Source: Phoronis australis
Lineage: Eukaryota > Animalia > Phoronida
Assembly (NCBI GenBank): GCA_002633005.1
Contig: NMRA01000691.1
Span: 124,001-188,000, forward strand
Length of the DNA: 64,000 nucleotides
Reading direction: 5' to 3'
Numbering within the stretch: the stretch's first letter is position 1; the number at the start of each line of letters is the position of its first letter. This document shows, one piece after another, positions 47,501-59,400 of the stretch. The notes below the pieces were generated by a model. The model did no database searches, had not been told where the DNA came from, and worked only from the letters and a program-made list of their open reading frames with translations. The position numbers and the translations under genes were made by a program.

Positions 47501-50500
47501 AGTGGCAAATGATTTTTATGATCTTTATGAAAAAATCAAAGTTTGAATGTTAACAAAAATGGAATGCTAATTTTCAAAACTGAAATAGCATTTTGAGACA
47601 TTATCTTGAACATATATATCAAATGATTAGGTTAATGACAAATTGATATTAAGTCAAAAATTAAATTTTGCATGTTTTGTACTCTCAAGAATATACAATG
47701 TGCTTTTATTGATTTAACGTCTTTTGTTTTGTCGAAGTTCGTTGAAATACACAAACTTGTTGATAAGTTAATCTATAATCTTAACTTGAGATCAGACAAT
47801 GGATACTACTGCTTTTCACATACTAACCTCCACATTAATGTGTTGAAACTGTTTTGCCATCTTGCTGTAATTTTGTTGTGACCAGAGACAATATGGTGAA
47901 CTTTGCCACATGTTGTTGCTTGTTCTGCATAAAAAGGTTGTCATAGAGATCCATAGCTGTGAGTGCTTGCCATCAGTTTCAGTTGTGGCACACCAAAGCC
48001 TTACACAAGTGATGGTCCCAGAAGTGCCGCAAATATTGCCGTTTATTTCTAGCCGATGTACAATTCTGTATTGCCTCCTAATGTACACACAAATTAGTGT
48101 CCTAGTCTTTACTGGCTCCATTTTTAACCGATTGGTCACAGCAGTAATTGAAAAAAATGTTGCAGTTACACTACGATAACGTCTGGCATTTCTTACTTTT
48201 GGCACTATGTTTTATGTTTCCTATGAAATAACACATGGTCAAATTGTGTTTTCTATTAAATTCTTCATCATCATGGGACACGTCTTTTGTGTGCTTGACC
48301 CTTTCTTATAACCACAGTCCTTTATGCACAGCAGGCAGTGGGCTTGAGTAGTGTTCACCGGTGTTCCTTTTTGTAGACCTGTTCTGGTGTCGCTGTAAAT
48401 GAGCCTTATGGCATTGGGTTTTAACACTAACCTTGAGCTACCCGTGGATTTAGAGGAGTATGACCTGGTTGGAAAGGGTTACCACTTTCTTCACTCAATG
48501 CCGTGGGTTTGAGTCTCACTGGGCCACACTGCTAGTCCCTTGAGTCAGGCCTCTAACTCCTCAGCTCAATTTTATTTACGTCCTAATAAAGCATAAAAAT
48601 GGTCCAGGTGATCAGTAATGGGCCCACATGTGAAGCCTGCCCAGTTGTGGTACAACGTGTACCTGACTGCCTGCCTGCAGTTAATTTTTTCACCTGTAGA
48701 TTTGGTTGTAATTTGTCAACTTTGCTCTGTTCAGCACGCGCTGTTGATTCAGATTTTGAGCATGCTTTCTGTAATGCTTCTTGCATTTATTTTGATGTGA
48801 AGTGCATATTTTTTAACATGTGTGTGTATTCTCTACTTGCCTCGTGACAAGCCTTGCATCACACAATACTGTGCACTGTTATTACTTGCTTCATGACGCA
48901 CCTTCCATCACACCATACTGTGCACTGTTACTACTTGCTTCATGATGCGCCTTGAATCACACAATACTGTGCACTGTTACTACTTGCTTCATGATGCGCC
49001 TTGAATTACTGTGCACTGTTACTAGTTGCTTCATGATGCGCCTTGAATCACACNNNNNNNNNNNNNNNNNNNNNNNNNNNNNNNNNNNNNNNNNNNNNNN
49101 NNNNNNNNNNNNNNNNNNNNNNNNNNNNNNNNNNNNNNNNNNNNNNNNNNNNNNNNNNNNNNNNNNNNNNNNNNNNNNNNNNNNNNNNNNNNNNNNNNNN
49201 NNNNNNNNNNNNNNNNNNNNNNNNNNNNNGAGTATGAGGATGAAGAGTTCCACGAGGATGCATATAATGGTGACAGTGATGATGTCATGTAATGCATTGT
49301 TGTTCTGGCCCCTAGTCAAGATATGGCGCCGGCAACAACCTGGATAGAACCATTGTCAACTACTTAATAGCATATGTGTGTTGTCTATTAGGTATACAAT
49401 AGTGGTGTGGCATGCTTAGTTCAATGAATACATCACACAGCTGTTCAAGTGTTACAACAATTAATGTACAAGCTGTTTACTATGTTATCCTTTGCTTTAC
49501 CCATACATTGATTTGAGTGATTGGTTGTGTTAAACACATGAAACGGCGTTCTCCAGTTCTGAAAATCTAAACAAGTTTTGCGTGTGAAAAACCAAAACAA
49601 ATATGCCGAAAACATGCAGCAGTCGACGTTACCTGCAGAGCGCTGTCTTGTTCTTAAACATTAACGCATAGCAGTTCAACAGGTTACAATGGACTTTTTA
49701 CAAACCTATCACATTTTGGTTTATTTACTGACTTGAAAATGTTAGTATATGCAGTCGTGTTTGAAACAGTATGCGGAAACATTTCTCTCTAGTGATGTCT
49801 ATGTCAACTAAGTGCAAAAGGTGTCGCATAGAGGTAAACTTTTCAGCAGCAATGTCCTGTGTCCCACAACATAGACACTCCAAGCAAAGTGTCTTGGTGA
49901 AGCGAGTTGCATTTTTATCAGACACATGTCTCGACATTGGAGCCCATGTTTTCTCTTAGTCTTATGTAGCCTTACACACCATTCTTCTAGTGTTATAGCA
50001 ATTGCACCCACTTATAGTGACTATGCTGCTGTCCAACGATGGATTTTGATGTTGGTCCTTTCAATCGCTGCTTGCTTAGTTTGTATTGCTTGTTAGGTTC
50101 ATGCATGAGTCTGGGTAATAAGCATTTCTTTTTGTTTATGTTTGTTTATGTGTTAGTTGTGATTTATTGAAAATTATAACCAATTTGCAATGCACAAGTA
50201 ATGCAAGATTGATATTAATTGTATAGCATAGCTAGTAGCTGATGTTTCACTCTTGCTTTGCAAAATATTTGTTTAAGGGGTCGTGAGTTCTAGGACATTC
50301 CTTCACAACACTGTAAGCTACATGATACTGTAAGTCACGCGTTAGGAAAAATATTATTCAATGAAACTATGTTCAATTGGAAATTACTATCTGGGTTTTG
50401 CTTATGTAGTGATTTTACAATTATGTGTGCTTGTCAATAAAACTGCTTTTTATGCACTTGTATTTGTTCATAAACATTCAAAGACACACAATTTTTCACG

Positions 50501-51541
50501 AAGCTCATTTCAGTGGGATATGATCCAAGAAAAATGAAAATTACCAAGAATAAATTGCAGGGCTTGGTATGACCACTGACAAAAAAACAGAAAAAAATTT
50601 CCAGGTGATGTACATGTTTCTTTCTATATGAAAATAAATAAAGTTTTCTGATAGAAATATTTTTTGTGTTGTAAAATTTAACTGAAATGAACGTTTTTTG
50701 GATGGTACACTTGGCACAGGCTTTTCCACTCCTTTCCTTGAAATTCCATCATACATCTACTATAATTTGATTTTTCGTAGAATTGTGGCCCTTATGTAAT
50801 GTGCACACAGGTTTTTCATGGCATAAATCTGACCTTGGTACAGTATTTAGTCCCTTTATGTTCAACTGAGTAGAAGTTAGTCAAAGGCGCAAACCTCAAA
50901 TTCTAATAAATCAAGTTAGTGGCAGTAACTATTTCATATTGTTGGCAATAAACCAAAATGCAGGATTCTACTCCCAAATTTGAACAAAAATAGTTTTTGT
51001 GGTAAAATCGATTTTGTCTGGTGAAATCTGACCTCTCTCAGTGATCACACTGGCAGACTTACTAGAGTTTCCAAGTTTCCTTGGAAGATGTAATCAAAAA
51101 TGGCCCGAGCACTACAAAATGGTGCTATTAGTTTTAACAGTAACAACCCTCGTCTTTTAAGTGAAACCAAAGGTTACCGCTGTACAAAGTGCGTGAACTT
51201 GGGCATCTGTGCTACAATACTAGAGTTCTGCAAAGTTTTGACTTATGCGAGTAACATAATTAATACTCTGCATTCAGAAAACAACTGAAGGTTTGCTGAA
51301 TAGAGAAACAATTGGATGAATCCTGGGGTAGATGAGGTCACCTAAGACCTCTACATCTTTATGGGTATTTTTTCGACTTCACGCAAATAATGTCTTGATA
51401 ACTATGTCGAGTATACACTACTTTTTGACTTTGTGTGACGGCTCGTTTCAGGTGCCAGATTTCGACGTGGACATCCAGATTGAACTAAGAGACGTAGAGA
51501 TGTACCAGCCTAATGGTGTCAACACTTTTCCCTTGCAATAA
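35346..51541 (+). CDS. Perilipin (PAT family, PLIN2/PLIN3/LSD-like) lipid-droplet protein; 9 coding exons, about 443-451 aa
   Basis: PAT N-terminus VSRVTGLPVVSSAWEQVSALYSKTKDYN...CQLAESG...YVNDYGLKKLE...YPIITKPTEE; LVDTYLP; RVGTLGNKVRRR...LNYSVDL; PALSWL|V motif. Exons phase-consistent. Start at ATG 35346 or 35370. Confidence 0.9.
35869..35951 (+). CDS. Perilipin coding exon 2
   Basis: LSYVNDYGLKKLEAITDAYPIITKPTEE|gtaaga. Confidence 0.9.
36468..36878 (+). other. Duplicate of 35871-36282 (includes perilipin exon 2); probable uncollapsed second haplotype
   Basis: Near-identical ~410-bp copy that starts right after a single N at 36467 and lacks the exon acceptor. Confidence 0.8.
38712..38834 (+). 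CDS. Perilipin coding exon 3
   Basis: VVEETKAYVEKAV...NYGIEK|gtgagg. Confidence 0.88.
38995..40260 (+). mobile_element. HINE copy in perilipin intron
   Basis: (GTCC/GTCT)n microsatellite head, ~145-bp repeats, 3' ttgtggttgcatttcaacgctctgcattactcttgtt. Confidence 0.82.
40412..40622 (+). CDS. Perilipin coding exon 4
   Basis: VTAVKSGVTSRVEEVK...AETLVDTYLPEEEK|gtgaga. Confidence 0.88.
41519..41700 (+). CDS. Perilipin coding exon 5
   Basis: ETKAAS...VRVGTLGNKVRRRMYDRAM...LNYSVDL|gtgagt. Confidence 0.9.
41730..44410 (+). mobile_element. Older HINE copy hosting a nested younger HINE
   Basis: 5' hairpin at 41735-41765; resumes at 43594; 3' end gcatttcaacgctcttgtt at 44410. Confidence 0.8.
41954..43593 (+). 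mobile_element. Full-length HINE (Helentron-associated) with ~440-bp trimeric tandem array
   Basis: 5' subTIR ATGCGCCCACA with hairpin CCACATAT-tt-ATATGTGG; GTCC microsatellite; repeats of period 440-449; 3' subTIR TGTGGGTGCAT with hairpin CAACGC-tct-GCGTTG and CTCTTGTT; inserted in a T-run with no TSD. Confidence 0.88.
44756..44908 (+). CDS. Perilipin coding exon 6
   Basis: MKYAHEHF...IWDQVKRDEDEK...FKEL|gtgcgt. Confidence 0.88.
45311..45478 (+). CDS. Perilipin coding exon 7
   Basis: TLERRTILAARFLTSRLKQ...KAFTE|gtagcc. Confidence 0.88.
46065..46190 (+). CDS. Perilipin coding exon 8
   Basis: AHSVLDIPAIALDQVK...DYILATPALSWL|gtgagt. Confidence 0.88.
48455..48570 (+). mobile_element. Possible degenerate tRNA-derived SINE fragment
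   Basis: B-box-like gggtttgagtc followed by cccttgagtcaggcctctaactc, resembling SINE core sequence. Confidence 0.3.
48857..49053. repeat. ~49-bp minisatellite running into the assembly gap
   Basis: atcacacaatactgtgcactgttactacttgcttcatgatgcgccttga repeated about 4 times. Confidence 0.88.
49230..49292 (+). CDS. Probable alternative terminal exon of perilipin (5' part lost in the N gap)
   Basis: Open frame immediately after the gap: EYEDEEFHEDAYNGDSDDVM*, followed by UTR-like DNA and AATAAA near 50437. Confidence 0.45.
   Translation, partial: EYEDEEFHEDAYNGDSDDVM
51452..51541 (+). CDS. Perilipin terminal coding exon
   Basis: gtttcag|VPDFDVDIQIELRDVEMYQPNGVNTFPLQ*; phase 0, completes the WL|VP motif. 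Confidence 0.72.
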   Translation: MPDFDVDIQIELRDVEMYQPNGVNTFPLQ

Positions 51542-52456
51542 TGAAGGTGGCTCTTTGACCATCACCCATGCTGTCCAATGTTCTGGTGCTTTATTTAGTA
51601 TTCAGTAGGCAATTCTAATCTAAAGGGTGTATTTATTTGCATTGGTAAGAATTTCATTGTTCTACTTTAAATATTGAAGGCATTTGTCTTACTCCTTAAT
51701 ATGCCGAGTTTCCAACGACATAAAATCTAGCAGTGTGTGATCGGTAACTGGTATCAAAATTTGTGTATAGTATATTTTGCATAATCTGTCAGCATAAACT
51801 CTCGTTTCAGATTTGCTATCGGTTTTTGTCTGCAACGATTGATTTGCTACTTGAATACACGTAAGCTGCAGTTGCCAATTCCTCCTGTTTATGCCTTCCT
51901 TATTCTAAAGTACTTGATGGATTCACAGTCTTGTTGTTTAAACAGTCACATGATCTCAATGTGCAGAGCGATTTAATTACATGATGTGGCAGTTTTTTTA
52001 CCGACATTTCGTCAAGACTGTGGAATTAAATGATCTCCATGTAAGACTTTGAGGAATGTGGCTAGTGCGGTCCTGTTAAGCACATCTCTGCAATGTATGA
52101 ATCATCTAATGCAAAATTTTGTTTTCACCTTGGTTCCAGAAGTGACGGATTATCCAAGGTATATTGTATTACTAACTAAAGTGACTTACATTAGTAACCC
52201 ATAAACTAATCCACAATTCTCACATTGACATATTACTGTTTAACTTTTGGTAGAATTTCTGTGTAACGAGATGGAGAAAAATTAGATTGGAAGTAGAAGT
52301 CTCCAGTGATGAGGCTTTGTAGTACAGTGGCCATGTGTTTATACATGTCTGTGGTACTAATGTTAAGTAAATGTAGATGTTTAACTTTCACAAAAGGTCG
52401 TGTGCACTATGCATTCAACCAAGATTGCGGTTTAACTCTATGACATTTTGTATAAT

Positions 52457-52955
52457 CAGGGCTTGGAATGACCAATGACAAAAAACGCAGAAACTTTTAC
52501 GGCCCAAAACATGCGCGCTACCCAGCCTTGAAATACTCCATGTGAACCTTTCGCCGACAAAAATCGAGAGGACTAAAAAAAAACGTTACCACCATCAGTA
52601 CCATACGTCTGCGTCTTTTTAGCTCGTCCATCCACTCCCACCCCCACACATTTTTGGCTGCAGAGCCGTAGTATTTATCACCGCGGTTTACAATCACACA
52701 AGACGCCATTGAAAATCCCACAACGCTATCCCAACTGCCCCGGCAATGTTGACAATTTACGTTCCTCCGAAACATAAAGAGCAACTTCCGCTTTTCGAGG
52801 TGAACGTCGTCGGCAACGCCGCGGTAAGAAAGGAATTTGCCGCGGAAATTTTATATCAATCCAATTTTTTTTTACGCGGAAATATAATAAAATGCGCGGA
52901 CAGAACATTTGAAAAAAGCGGAAATCCGTGTTTCCGCGGAAAATTCCAAGCCTTG
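52457..52955 (-). mobile_element. hAT-like MITE with 6-bp TSD (copy 2, inverted relative to copy 1)
   Basis: TATAAT|CAGGGCTTGGAAT...ATTCCAAGCCTTG|TATAAT; the spurious ORF text [16 protein letters not shown]...KLSTLPG is shared with copy 1. Confidence 0.88.
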
Positions 52956-53381
52956 TATAATATCGCTAGTTTCCATTCGATCCTGGAGCAGCTTCATTCG
53001 TTATAAGCAAAAGTGACCAATTTTACGTAGTGAGAGATATGATTTGACCATTATGGTATTTGTAGCATATAATTTTTGGAATCCATACAACTGATAATTA
53101 GAAGAAAAAAAGCCCGTCATAAGTAAACATTTATAGCCATAGTTGTTTGCCCTGATAATGGGTTATCAATCAAGTTACATTTTGTTATCCTTACCATGCT
53201 TTAAAGAGTGAAAAGATTTCTGTAATACAGCTCTTAAGCTACAGATTGGGCGTTTTGGTTGTGCTTTTATGGGATTTGTAATAAAGAGAAAACACCATTT
53301 CCTTTCAAAAAACAGTTGTAATATTCCTTTTACCGAGCCCATTATAAGATAATGTCATTTTGTACAACAGAAACTATTCTT

Positions 53382-53434
53382 TTAAATCTCCATCATTCTG
53401 TCAATGTCCATAATGGTTTCGCTGTTGTATTTAC
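53382..53434 (-). CDS. EIF2B3: EIF2B3 last coding exon
   Basis: KYNSETIMDIDRMMEI*; TAA at 53384-53382. Confidence 0.9.
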
Positions 53435-56400
53435 CTGAAATAAAATAGCGTGCTTGTTAGTAGTCGTATCTTTATACTCACGTACAATGTGTACATATCA
53501 ATGCACAATGTGTACATATCAATGTACAATCATTTTTACGTCATCACTCTGTTCCTACTCTACTCTATCCAGTTAAGCAGAAGATACAAACTGAGGCTCC
53601 AGTTTTAACACAGATATATGTCCCAATGACGACAGTCACTCAGTGTATGCATTTAAGCCGGTGTATGATAAGCGGAGCTAGTCAAATTTCAGCTACCAAG
53701 AAGGAAGTTTTCTATTCATCAAAAATAACTTACACTTTGTTATAAAAACACCGTGCCCCTTGGACTTTTTGTTTTGGTAAACAGGCATGATATTGGGTAA
53801 CTTTCTTAAAATGACCCCCAGCAAGGGACACCCATTGAGTGAAACTTAGCAGAATTTCACAGATGTGTTTAAATTATGTTGACTAATTTGTCAGTCTTGG
53901 TATGTGTTTATGTTAACTAGTTGCATATACTATTATTCTGTGTACACTGTATTGTCAAGTATCTTAATTGGGAATAATCGCTGCCTCTGGTCATACCAGA
54001 GGCGTTGTGAATGCCGTGAACTGAATGTGTCAATGGAAAAGTTTTTTCAAAGAAAGCAGTCGTTCCAATACTGACCCATAGCTAATATATTCTGATGGCT
54101 TCCCACAAGGCAGTCCTTCAGGTCACATCTCTCGTTGATATGCACATTTTCACACACGACACAGTTTTGTATGTTACATCTGCGTGAGCAATCGAAGAAG
54201 TTTAAGTAACGTAATACATTATGCATTCAAATTGTGTAATATGACAGCTTCCAGAACACGATACTTTTTCAACAAAAAATAAATTCCAAAGTGTTTGAAC
54301 AAAAATAAGAACATACAATTATTCAATTGCTTTGTACACTTTACTAGATACAAAAAAATCACAAATAATTGAAATGAATAGCCCAATTTTTCTGATAAAC
54401 TGACTATGAATGCAACTGAATTACGAGTATCAATTGCATTTCAAAAGCAAGCAGAGGCTGAAATGTACCAACCTTCTGCCAAAGACAAAATACATCACTA
54501 CCAAGCTTGGAAACAGTGGGCAGTTAGTTAACGCTCTAGACTGCTCTGTGCGCATAAAATGAGCTAACATGACGAGCATAAATGTATTAGACTGAAGGAG
54601 GGATTGTCTCCAAACTTGAAAGGAGGTGGAACTGAGGACTTCGGGAGAAAATCTTCCTCCACTTATTATTGGCACATTTACATCAGTGACACGTGGCAAT
54701 GTGACCAGTCAAGTCCCGATAAATCTGTGGCGAGAAGCCAACTCGTTGACCTTGGTTTTGACCAGAAACACATTGTCACCCATTTTAATGCTTAGTGGAG
54801 ACAAGTTTTGTTGTCATGGTAAATTGTAAACATGAAGTTGTTTTTAACAAAGTCAGGGTAAAGCCACGGCTTTAAGAAACTACTCTCACTGAACTTATTC
54901 ACATTTTGATTACGTATTTCCTAAATAGTAAAACCAGTCAAGACCACATACCCTTCATCAATAGTCACGTGATCCATAATAATGGAGTTGGTGATCTTCA
55001 CTTTGTCGCTGATCGAACAGTGACGACCAACAATTGATTTTTTCACAGACACCTTTTCTGCCACAGTTACACCAGCAGCAAGCATGCTGTCACCACCCAC
55101 CTGCAACAGTAAATGTTTCAACTTTTTGACTAAAAGCAAACACTATGAAATTTTGATCAGTATTCTGTCTTGAAGAGCTCAAGCACAACAGATAGAGCTC
55201 TTCAAGACAGAATACTGATCAAAATCTGTCTAAAAACTCTGAAGATATATAGACTGTGGTGAATGTAAACAACTAAAATTACCACTAGGGAGTGTTACAG
55301 CAGTTAACCCATCTGAAAATCAGTGTTAGCCATGGTTTCCCTAGTACAAATACATCACCAGGGGAGACCACAGCAGTAGTCACATCCGTCCAAAACTCAT
55401 GGACAACTTCAGATCCTGCAAGAGGTTTAGAAAATACAGAAGTAGACATCAGACGCTAAGACAAAGATGGCAGCAATATGCACGCACATAAAATACGAGG
55501 TAAACAGCAATAGCACTGGGTGAAATAAGCACTTAGAACAACGATATGTACTTAATAAAGTTCCTGACGTACCTGAGATTTCCCTTGAATAGTTGCTCCA
55601 GGGTCTATCAGTCGTAATTCTTTATTTGGAGCTATACTTGACCAATGTTTTACTGCCTGCGATGAAACACAGTAATCAAAGTGAACAATAGTATCAAATG
55701 TCATCTTAAAGCTGTAAAGAAGGTAGCCTTCCTTAACTTACATTTTAGCTTTGCCTAGAAAGTGGTCTCTGCTTGTTCCTAAATCAGACTTGATGTGATT
55801 TTTTGGCTTGAGAAGATGTGACGTTAATTGCTCAAGACTAGGGTCAATGAGATGATTTCAGCCCGAGAGTCATTTTATGTGCCCACAGTACCAGAGTATG
55901 TGCCCATAGTAACACATAGTTAATCTAGCATTCAGTCTTGGAACTATCCTATACAGCCAGTAAAACGACTTTGTAGAACCAAGACATGAGTTTCATTTCA
56001 AACTGACTTAAGTACACTAACACCACAAGGGTAAGCAATGCAACTTATTGTTATTCATTTTTATGCTGGGCTTAACCAAATGGATCAACATTCAAAGGCT
56101 ATGATGAATTTTAGATTTATGCTACTGACTACAAGGACTATAACCAGGGGCGGATCCAGAATTTTGAGTAAGGGTGGGGCCAGGGCAGAGTATTAGGCAG
56201 GATTTCGAGACATTCGCACCCCCAAACTGCCAAATGGAATCCGGGAGAATTTTANNNNNNNNNNNNNNNNNNNNNNNNNNNNNNNNNNNNNNNNNNNNNN
56301 NNNNNNNNNNGGGGCCAGGGCAGAGTATTAGGCAGGATTTCGAGACATTCGCACCCCCAAACTGCCAAATGGAATCCGGGAGAATTTTAGGGGGGGGGGG

Positions 56401-59400
56401 GCATGGCCCCCTTGGCCCCCTCTAAATCCGCCAGTGATAACACTGGTCAAATTTGTTACTTGCCCAGAGCAGAATCGATTGCTGCGCATGAGAGCAAATG
56501 AAATTTCTTGAGACCAGATTGAACAAATGTCGGAAAGTCATTTTATGCACAGAACATGATCTCAAGCTGTAGTAAGCAGCCAGTACACTGTACTTTCTGA
56601 ACACAGAAAGGAGTAAGGAATGACATAAACCCAGTTTTATGGCAAAAGCTTCGGTGAATAAAGTTAACTTTGTGACAGAAGGGTGTTTACAGCACTTTAA
56701 AATAGAACTTGCAGGCTAATTCCTTATCTCTGTGATTGCTTGGCTAAATTAGTTAGAAACACAACATACAGCAATGAATTAGGTTGAAAATTGACAAATG
56801 TTTTTAAGAACCAGTTTTGTAGCAAAAATGATCTGCTGCAAGTCACTGAACCGTGTCCAGTAAGTATCCTGACGTGGTGCTGGAAAATAACACAGCATGA
56901 TGTGGCCTATGTGAGCCTGCGAGGTACGTCATTAGTGCAAAGGTCACCTGTTTTGCAGAATTTTTTGTTTTCACGTTCACAAGCTGTCAATGAATACAAC
57001 TGCACTTTGTTTATCGTAGATTATGTTAAAATGGTCGTTAAATCGCTGTTATACATTAGCATAGTTAGGAGCATTCAGATACATTTTTAATAAATGCAGC
57101 GTAGAAGTCTAGCCTTGGAATGCCAACTCCTGCAAGTGACCAATGTGTACTATTATTAGAACATGGAACCCCGAGAATAGCCGCGAGAGTTGGCACTGAG
57201 AATTTCCGGCTGCCAGTTTGACCGAGTGTTGAACAAGAGTTATAGTTACTCAATCAAACCTAATTTCATTGTTTCATTTCCCTTTTGCGAATACAGTTCA
57301 TGAAGCGAGACTCTTGAGGTATGGTTCCAAACAAATGGCGATATCTCAGAAAATAAGTCAACAACCCGGCAATTACATTGTACACTGGCTCGTCATTTTT
57401 TATAAGCACTGACCTGTGGCCCTGGGTGAATGCCAGGAGTTTGGCCTCTGATATCTTTGCAGCTCCAGACGTAGAACCACTTTCGACAACCTATCATACT
57501 ACAAGCCACGAGTTTTTCAACAAGGCATTTTTGGGTTTAAAAAATCATGTTACTTTTTATGGAAAGAAGTTGCATAAGGCCTAAATGAAATGTTTAGGCC
57601 CTAAAAAGTGAGTTTACGAAAATTTACTTACAACTGCTTAGTTAAGTGTGTGTGTGCATGCGTGCGTTTGTATTATTACTGTTTTCAATTGTTTCTATAA
57701 TAATTTATTGTGCAATGTTAAACTGCTACCCAGATGCTGTTTATTGCTAATTTGACTTGTGACAAGTTGACCTGCTGTTCTGTAGTATTTACCTATACCC
57801 GTGAAAGGTTTTGGCTTAGACCCAGATGTCCCTCTTTTTATTCTACAGTCTCTGTTTTCAATCCAGTTGTTCCTTTTTTCGTTCTTGAAAGTTGACCGTG
57901 ACAATTATGCAATAGTTATTCAAAATAACGTCTCTTTTTATGACTTGCTATTTTCCACTTTCTTTAGAAACATAACAATTGTAACAAGAGCAACGCGGAG
58001 CGTTGAAATGCGCCCACAATTGCACCGCATACGGTATCCTTCTAGGGTTGTTTATTGGTACCATAAAGTGGCCAGTAGAGGGCATACTTTGCAAAATGGA
58101 AAGGCATGGTCATTGTCTCCTCAATAGGCTAGGGGCAAAATGTGAGTAATCTTCATAATACAAGCACATCCTATACACCAGTTGCTTAAAGCACCACAGA
58201 AACATAGAATTAAAAACAAATTTACCAACATACNNNNNNNNNNNNNNNNNNNNNNNNNNNNNNNNNNNNNNNNNNNNNNNNNNNNNNNNNNNNNNNNNNN
58301 NNNNNNNNNNNNNNNNNNNNNNNNNNNNNNNNNNNNNNNNNNNNNNNNNNNNNNNNNNNNNNNNNNNNNNNNNNNNNNNNNNNNNNNNNNNNNNNNNNNN
58401 NNNNNNNNNNNNNNNNNNNNNNNNNNNNNNNNNNNNNNNNNNNNNNNNNNNNNNNNNNNNNNNNNNNNNNNNNNNNNNNNNNNNNNNNNNNNNNNNNNNN
58501 NNNNNNNNNNNNNNNNNNNNNNNNNNNNNNNNNNNNNNNNNNNNNNNNNNNNNNNNNNNNNNNNNNNNNNNNNNNNNNNNNNNNNNNNNNNNNNNNNNNN
58601 NNNNNNNNNNNNNNNNNNNNNNNNNNNNNNNNNNNNNNNNNNNNNNNNNNNNNNNNNNNNNNNNNNNNNNNNNNNNNNNNNNNGCCACTAGGAGGCGCCA
58701 CAGTAGTCGAAATCGTCGGAAAATCATCGGCAACCGTCCTCTACATAGTAAGCATATACATGCCAATTTTCACAATCATCCTTTGAGCGGTTTGGTTGAT
58801 AGAGGGGTGGACGCACAAAACTCGAAAACACTAAAAATGGCCACTAGGCGGCGCAAACTATGTCGAATCCATCTGAAAATGGGAGGATAGCGTCATCTCA
58901 CTAATAGGTGCCTACATACCAAATTTCATGAAAATCCAATAAGGACTTGTGAAGATACAAAGGTAAGCGTAAAAAAATTAAAATTGCAACTAGGGGGCAC
59001 ACCGGTAGTCGGATCCGTCCGAAAGTTCGCACATGCCGTCCCATTCATAAATGGAACATATGTGCCAAATTTCATGAACGTATGTCAAAGGGTTTTGGAG
59101 ATAGAGCAGCGGACGCCGGACGGACGCCGCCCGGACGGACGGACGGACAGAGATGACGGCATAATGCGTCCACATATAAATATGTGGGCGCATAAAAATG
59201 TGTTCCAATGTCTCTTGTTCGTGCTAAAATACACTTCATGTATTAGGATCACTAACTTTTACTTCATGAAGAAAGGAGTTTATTTCTAAACTTTTCTAAC
59301 TACACTGCAACCAATGTGAAGAGCTACTCACAATACATCAATACATTTCAAAGCTATGGCGTTTGCCCAATTTTTATCTATCAAAAAATCTTCATCTTCA

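Noticed and set aside
51539-51544. Stop-codon readthrough or selenocysteine recoding at the gene ends
   Set aside because: Perilipin ends in tandem TAA TGA, SMC2 TGA is not followed by a CTAG context, and no SECIS-like structure was recognised.
56101-56130. C-box/D-box-like ATGATGA...CTGA
   Set aside because: Antisense to the host gene EIF2B3 and far too short for a C/D snoRNA.
56176-56389. 79-bp direct repeat inside a MITE
   Set aside because: Identical sequence on both sides of an N gap, indicating an unmerged contig overlap.
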